The notes under the pieces are model-generated. The model did no database searches. It was not told where the DNA came from and saw only the letters and a list, made by a program, of their open reading frames with translations. A program made the position numbers and the translations under genes. Of a stretch of 45,819 bases of DNA, positions 41,568 through 45,819 are shown piece after piece; the first letter of the stretch is position 1, and each line of letters begins with the position of its first letter. This DNA is from Stramenopiles sp. TOSAG23-3 (Eukaryota): positions 1-45,819 of the forward strand of contig LT642170.1 in the NCBI GenBank assembly GCA_900128585.1, written 5' to 3'.

Positions 41568-42824
41568 TCATGTTGCGCGGATTAGCTCGCCCACTGCGAG
41601 GTCTAGAACAGGCAAGCCGGCGCCAGAATTGCAGCACACGACCGCCCCGAAGGCGGCGGCTCCGATTGGAGTGTTGGGGTTCGTTAATCCATCAGGGGCA
41701 AGCCAAGCCACGCAGTGGTTCAAGGTGTTGCTTCCACCGTGCGTCAGCACGTTCCCTTTCGCCCACCCGCGCGAGACCACAAGCCAAGCTCCGGGGGCGT
41801 ACTCCTGCGATACCGGCGGTGTGCGCAAAGCGCGCATCGTTGCGTTCGTTACCCCGAGAAGTTCGTTTGCCAATGCCGGGGAAAGGGAGGCGGCAATGAA
41901 ACGACACCAGTCGCCTATAGACATATGTATCCTTCCAGCAGGGTTTAACGCAGTAGGGTTGTCCGACCCAAGCTCTTCCGGGGAAATCGGCTTCCACTTC
42001 GAGTACTCACCGTGGCCCCACGGGTTGGTAACCCCAGGGGCACTTCCAAACCCAAAGGTCGTGATCCCCAAACCGTTGAAGAGGTACTTCTCCACCAGCG
42101 ATTCGTACGAAGCGTTCATTTTGTATTCCAGCATATGCCCTGCCATGGCATACCCCCAATTCGAATAAATGTGCTGCGTCCCTGGCTCCACTTGAGGGGG
42201 AGTTTTCAGAAGTGCGCTTAAACAAGTGACCCGCTGCTCGCGGGGTTCCGCACTTGACGCGTGCTGTTCGTATGCCAAGTTCCACACTGGACCACTGCAT
42301 GCGGACATAAACCCCGCGGTATGTGTCAGCAACTGCTTCAAAGTCACGTTCAGGTATTGTTCGTTCGTTTGGCCGGTTACAACGTCTTCGCACTCTCCCA
42401 CGGTAGTGTCCCAAGACACGATGCCCTTGTCAACGAAAATCGCGCAGAGCATCGAGGTCATTGCTTTCCCGTCGCTCCCTAGATGCCACAAGTCCTTAGT
42501 TTCACATTTGTTGCCCGCCTTGCCGCACTGCCTGATACCACCACAACCCATACGAGCCCGGGCGACCGGTTTGCCGCCTTCTCCAGTCGCCACAGTTACT
42601 GTCGCCAGTGCTAGCCCGGGCGGAGATAATTTGGGGTCGCCTCCTTTGCAATGACCCGACGCTTGCAATGACAGGTTTTCATCCACACGCACCTGGTACC
42701 ATTCTCTACCCTCGCCACCGTCGCCAGCACCCACAGCAAGAGGGGCGGCGCCTTCTTCTACAACAGGAGCGACGTCGTCCGGCAGAACGGCCGGTTGGCT
42801 GAAGCAAGAGGGAACACAAAACAT
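41568..42824 (-). CDS. Beta-lactamase/AmpC-fold serine hydrolase
   Basis: SxxK in WHLGSDGKAMT; VTLKQLLTHTAG; YxN in HIYSNWGY; PAGRIHMS; THGGSN. The start is uncertain because the ATG overlaps a GTATGT donor-like site. Confidence 0.9.
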   Translation of the reverse strand: MFCVPSCFSQPAVLPDDVAPVVEEGAAPLAVGAGDGGEGREWYQVRVDENLSLQASGHCKGGDPKLSPPGLALATVTVATGEGGKPVARARMGCGGIRQCGKAGNKCETKDLWHLGSDGKAMTSMLCAIFVDKGIVSWDTTVGECEDVVTGQTNEQYLNVTLKQLLTHTAGFMSACSGPVWNLAYEQHASSAEPREQRVTCLSALLKTPPQVEPGTQHIYSNWGYAMAGHMLEYKMNASYESLVEKYLFNGLGITTFGFGSAPGVTNPWGHGEYSKWKPISPEELGSDNPTALNPAGRIHMSIGDWCRFIAASLSPALANELLGVTNATMRALRTPPVSQEYAPGAWLVVSRGWAKGNVLTHGGSNTLNHCVAWLAPDGLTNPNTPIGAAAFGAVVCCNSGAGLPVLDLAVGELIRAT

Positions 42825-43125
42825 ACCTCCTTGAGCAACCTACGACGTCAGCTAAACGAGACTGTTCACCACACAAACAAACAAGGACAATATTCTTCTG
42901 TTCAAAAAGAGACGTTTTCTTCCGTCATTTTACCATCCTCTATCTTTCCTACTTGGCATTTAAATTTCTTTCATTGTATTATGAATCGATACATACACAG
43001 ATTTTAATTTTTTTAAAAAGATACCCAAAAAAAAGATACCCAAAAAAAAAGCGCACAATACAGCCGATGATGATGGGGGGTTTTAGGGATATTATTATTA
43101 GGGATTGGAAAGAAGAAGAAGAGAT

Positions 43126-43139
43126 CTTCATTCTCTTCT

Positions 43140-43207
<68 letters not shown>

Positions 43208-43208
43208 T
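43126..43208 (+). repeat. (TTTC)n microsatellite
   Basis: Read directly from the sequence. Confidence 0.95.
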
Positions 43209-43567
43209 ACTCATGTGTCTTCTTCTGTCTGTTGGGATTGTAGATGCTGTGTATATGTAGTAAATAGATAATAATATCTTTTTTTTCATTAAACAAAAAA
43301 AAAACAAATGCGCAAAAAAAAAAACCAAAAAAGAAAGAAACAAACAAACAACTGAAAAAGGGGATTCATTCCTTCATGCAGCATGATTTAACCTTATTAT
43401 TAGTATAATTCAAGAAAGTAAATATACATATACCTAAACAATTGGTAATTATTCCATATCGTATGTACTATCTATTTAGTGAAAGGTAGTAGGCAAGCAG
43501 GCAGGTAGGTTGATAGTTTGTTTGTATTTACACTTTTCTTCCTCCTCTTCTGCCTTGGCCGCAAACG

Positions 43568-45186
43568 ATGAGCCGGCCAGACGACCGGGGGGGAATTCGG
43601 CCGCGAAGTAGCGTTGCGGAGTGGCTCCAGTCTCAGCCGGAGACGGGGGAGAGCAGGAGGCGGCGAACGGACCACCGGCACGGTCGGTCCAGGGGGGCAC
43701 GGGACCACAACGCAAGCGTTGGTAGCATACTGGAGGGGAGGGGCTCGTCGTCGGTCAATAGGAGCGGACGGGCCGACAGCGAGCTTCGCCGGCGGCGGCG
43801 GCAGCAGAACCGGCACCACCACAACAACAGCAGCAGCCACCACCTCGCGAGGGCGAGCCCAGGCGAGGGGCGCGCATCGACCGTGGCCGGGGCGTCCCCC
43901 ACGGCGACGACCCCGCCGTGGAACGACGCGCCCACCACTGTGACGAGCCGGAGTTTCCAGGGCACCTCGGGCGTGGGCGCGAGGGAGGCCCCGGCGGAGG
44001 TGGACGACGAGCCGAGGAGCACGACGGCGTCCGCCCGCGGGGGGGGGGGGGCGCAGGCCCCCCCCGCTTCGGCAGGAGGAGGAAGAGTTCGCCATGTTGG
44101 ATCAGCGGGAGACGGAGGGCCAGATTTTGATAAAAAACCCGTACCGGTACAAGGTTCGGTGCGGGGTCTTCAGCCGGAAGGTGGTCCCGGGGTCCGGGCG
44201 CGAGGTCGTGAAAGTCGCGGACTTCACGCTCCCCCCCCCGGCAAAGGGCCGCGTTCACCCCGAAGGCGGGGTCGAGCTACCGGTTCAAGTTCCAGGGGGT
44301 GATGGTGGCGGACCCGGCGACGGGGAAGCCGTCCAAGAAGACGAACTTCGTCCCGGTGAACCTCCCGCACGGCGCGGACTTCAACCTGGCGTACAGCGTG
44401 GACGCCATGGAGGTGAAGCGGGCGCTGCGCCGGCAGGCGCAAGAGCGGCGCACGGGGATCGAGCAGGGGGACATTGACCCGGACGACGAGGGGGGCACCG
44501 TGGAGGCGATCAACCGGAAGAAGAAGTGGTGGTTGGCGGCGGCGGCGGGCACGACCGACGCAACCGAGCGGGCGTTGCTGGCGTCGCTGGTCGAGCGGAG
44601 CCGGACGTGCACCCGGCGCACCCGCGCCGACCGGGCCTTCCCCGCGCTCTTGGAGGGGATCGACCCGTACGGGACCCGCGTGTTCGCGGCGAGCCCGGAG
44701 GCGGACGCGTACGACCGGAAGCTGCTGGAGCAGGAGCAGAAGCAGCTCGTGAAGGAGCTGAGCGCCCGGGAAAAGCAGCTGGAGGCGTGGCGGATGGAGC
44801 TGTCCAAGTACCGGGAGTTAATGTTCCAAAAGAAGCACGAGTCCTCGGAGCAGATGGCGCAGTACCGCGAGCGGCACGCGGTGATAGTGGAGGCCGTGCA
44901 GAACTACATCGCAAAGTACCGGACGAAGGCGAAGCGCCAGAACTCCAAGCTGGTGTTCGAGTTCAAGGAGCGCGTCAAGGACAGCATCGAGCGGGCCCGG
45001 GACCAGAAGATTGAGATGGTCAACCGCCTCCAGTTCGAAGTGACGCAGTCGGAGAACAAGCTCCCGACCTTTGGAAAGCAGGTCGAGAGCGCAAAACTAA
45101 AGTTGACCAAGTTCTTCCTCGAAGGCCTTGGCCTGGTCGTCGACCCGGTCCTGTCTTGTTTGAAGCGATACCGGCGGGGGCGCTGA
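43568..45186 (+). CDS. GC-rich hypothetical protein (disordered N-terminus, small beta-rich region, C-terminal coiled coil), interrupted by two apparent +1 frameshifts at homopolymers
   Basis: Three overlapping ORFs (43568.., 44094.., 44299..) join into one frame if one base is dropped from G13 44039-44051 (or C8 44058-44065) and one from C9 44231-44239. The joined protein reads ...PLRQEEEEFAMLDQRE...VADFTLPPRQRAAFTPKAGSSYRFKFQGVMVAD... Confidence 0.72.
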
Positions 45187-45385
45187 GGGGGGGAGGAGGG
45201 GTGCCTTCGCTTTAATTTTAGAACAAATAATAATGGCTGTTATTCAGGAAAGGTGTATCATATGAATATTATTTAAAATTTATGCCCAGTACAGTTTTAC
45301 TTCATTCATGTCTTCATACTGCGATTTATTTCTGTTTATTTAAGATATCATATGATATCATATGATGAATATGATACCAGAAGTC

Positions 45386-45811
45386 TTATTCTGGAACAAG
45401 GGGGAGTTTGGGTTCTTGAACGGTTTTACCTTCTTTTTTCTTTTCTTTTTTGACTTAAAACATGCTATATATAATTTGTTCATATCATAAAAAGTATGAT
45501 AAAACAATCTATGAAATGGCATCATTAATTTTTATCGATGAAGAGAGGGACAGGATGCGACGCGTGTAACACATTCTTTAAAAACAAGAAAATTGGCTGT
45601 TATTTTGCCAGAGAAAAAAAGTTACGCGCACGAAAGAGAGAGTACATTGACACAAAAAAAACCCCAAAATGAAATTTTTTTAACATCACAGCGCCACATC
45701 CTTTTGTTTTTTAATATCTACTTACTAAAATATATAAATTGTTTTATTCTGGAACAAGGAGGAGTTTAGGTTCTTGAACGGTTTTACCTTCTTTTTTCTT
45801 TTCTTTTTTGA
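45386..45811 (+). repeat. 68-nt direct repeat (45386-45453 and 45744-45811; 66/68 identical)
   Basis: TTATTCTGGAACAAGGRGGAGTTTRGGTTCTTGAACGGTTTTACCTTCTTTTTTCTTTTCTTTTTTGA occurs twice, 358 nt apart. Confidence 0.93.
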
Positions 45812-45819
45812 GAGTCTTA

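Noticed and set aside
42825-42832. AAGGAGGT Shine-Dalgarno-like sequence before the hydrolase ATG
   Set aside because: There is no spacer to the ATG and the context is eukaryotic, so it is most likely chance.
45386-45811. CRISPR array or LTR element interpretation of the direct repeats
   Set aside because: There are only two 68-nt copies with a long spacer, no cas, RT or transposase genes, and no TG..CA termini or target-site duplication.
1-45819. tRNA, rRNA, snoRNA or transposon genes
   Set aside because: None was recognisable by eye, and isolated RTGATGA box-C-like words lacked a convincing partner box D and terminal stem. A covariance-model search would be needed to exclude them.

Overview
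This is eukaryotic nuclear DNA from a flagellated protist: it carries DRC3 and B9D1 and has a GT-AG intron. A stramenopile-like origin is inferred from the protein types and is not certain. About 21 compact, nearly intron-free, GC-richer genes are separated by very AT-rich spacers with long TTC/TTTC tracts and three N gaps. The genes include a Pmp/Ig/multi-TM membrane protein, a serine carboxypeptidase, an ILEI-domain protein, two RING proteins, SLC35F, DRC3, GH43, a sulfatase, an EF-hand/RanBP2-finger protein, an FG-GAP protein, a 1632-aa EGF/PAN/FN3/WSC protein, B9D1, GH2, an FKBP and a beta-lactamase-fold hydrolase. The main find is the ORF at 34332, which the ORF track stops at TGA 34800-34802 but which looks like a selenoprotein. 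It has SELENOK-like ends, reads through as ...PPPSA-U-GRGGC*, has a FAM241-like membrane segment, and is followed by a well-formed type II SECIS at 34915-34976. Also notable are five apparent +1 frameshifts in four genes, a recurring TGGCTGTTATT motif downstream of stop codons, and an exact 79-nt match between the window start and a gap edge.
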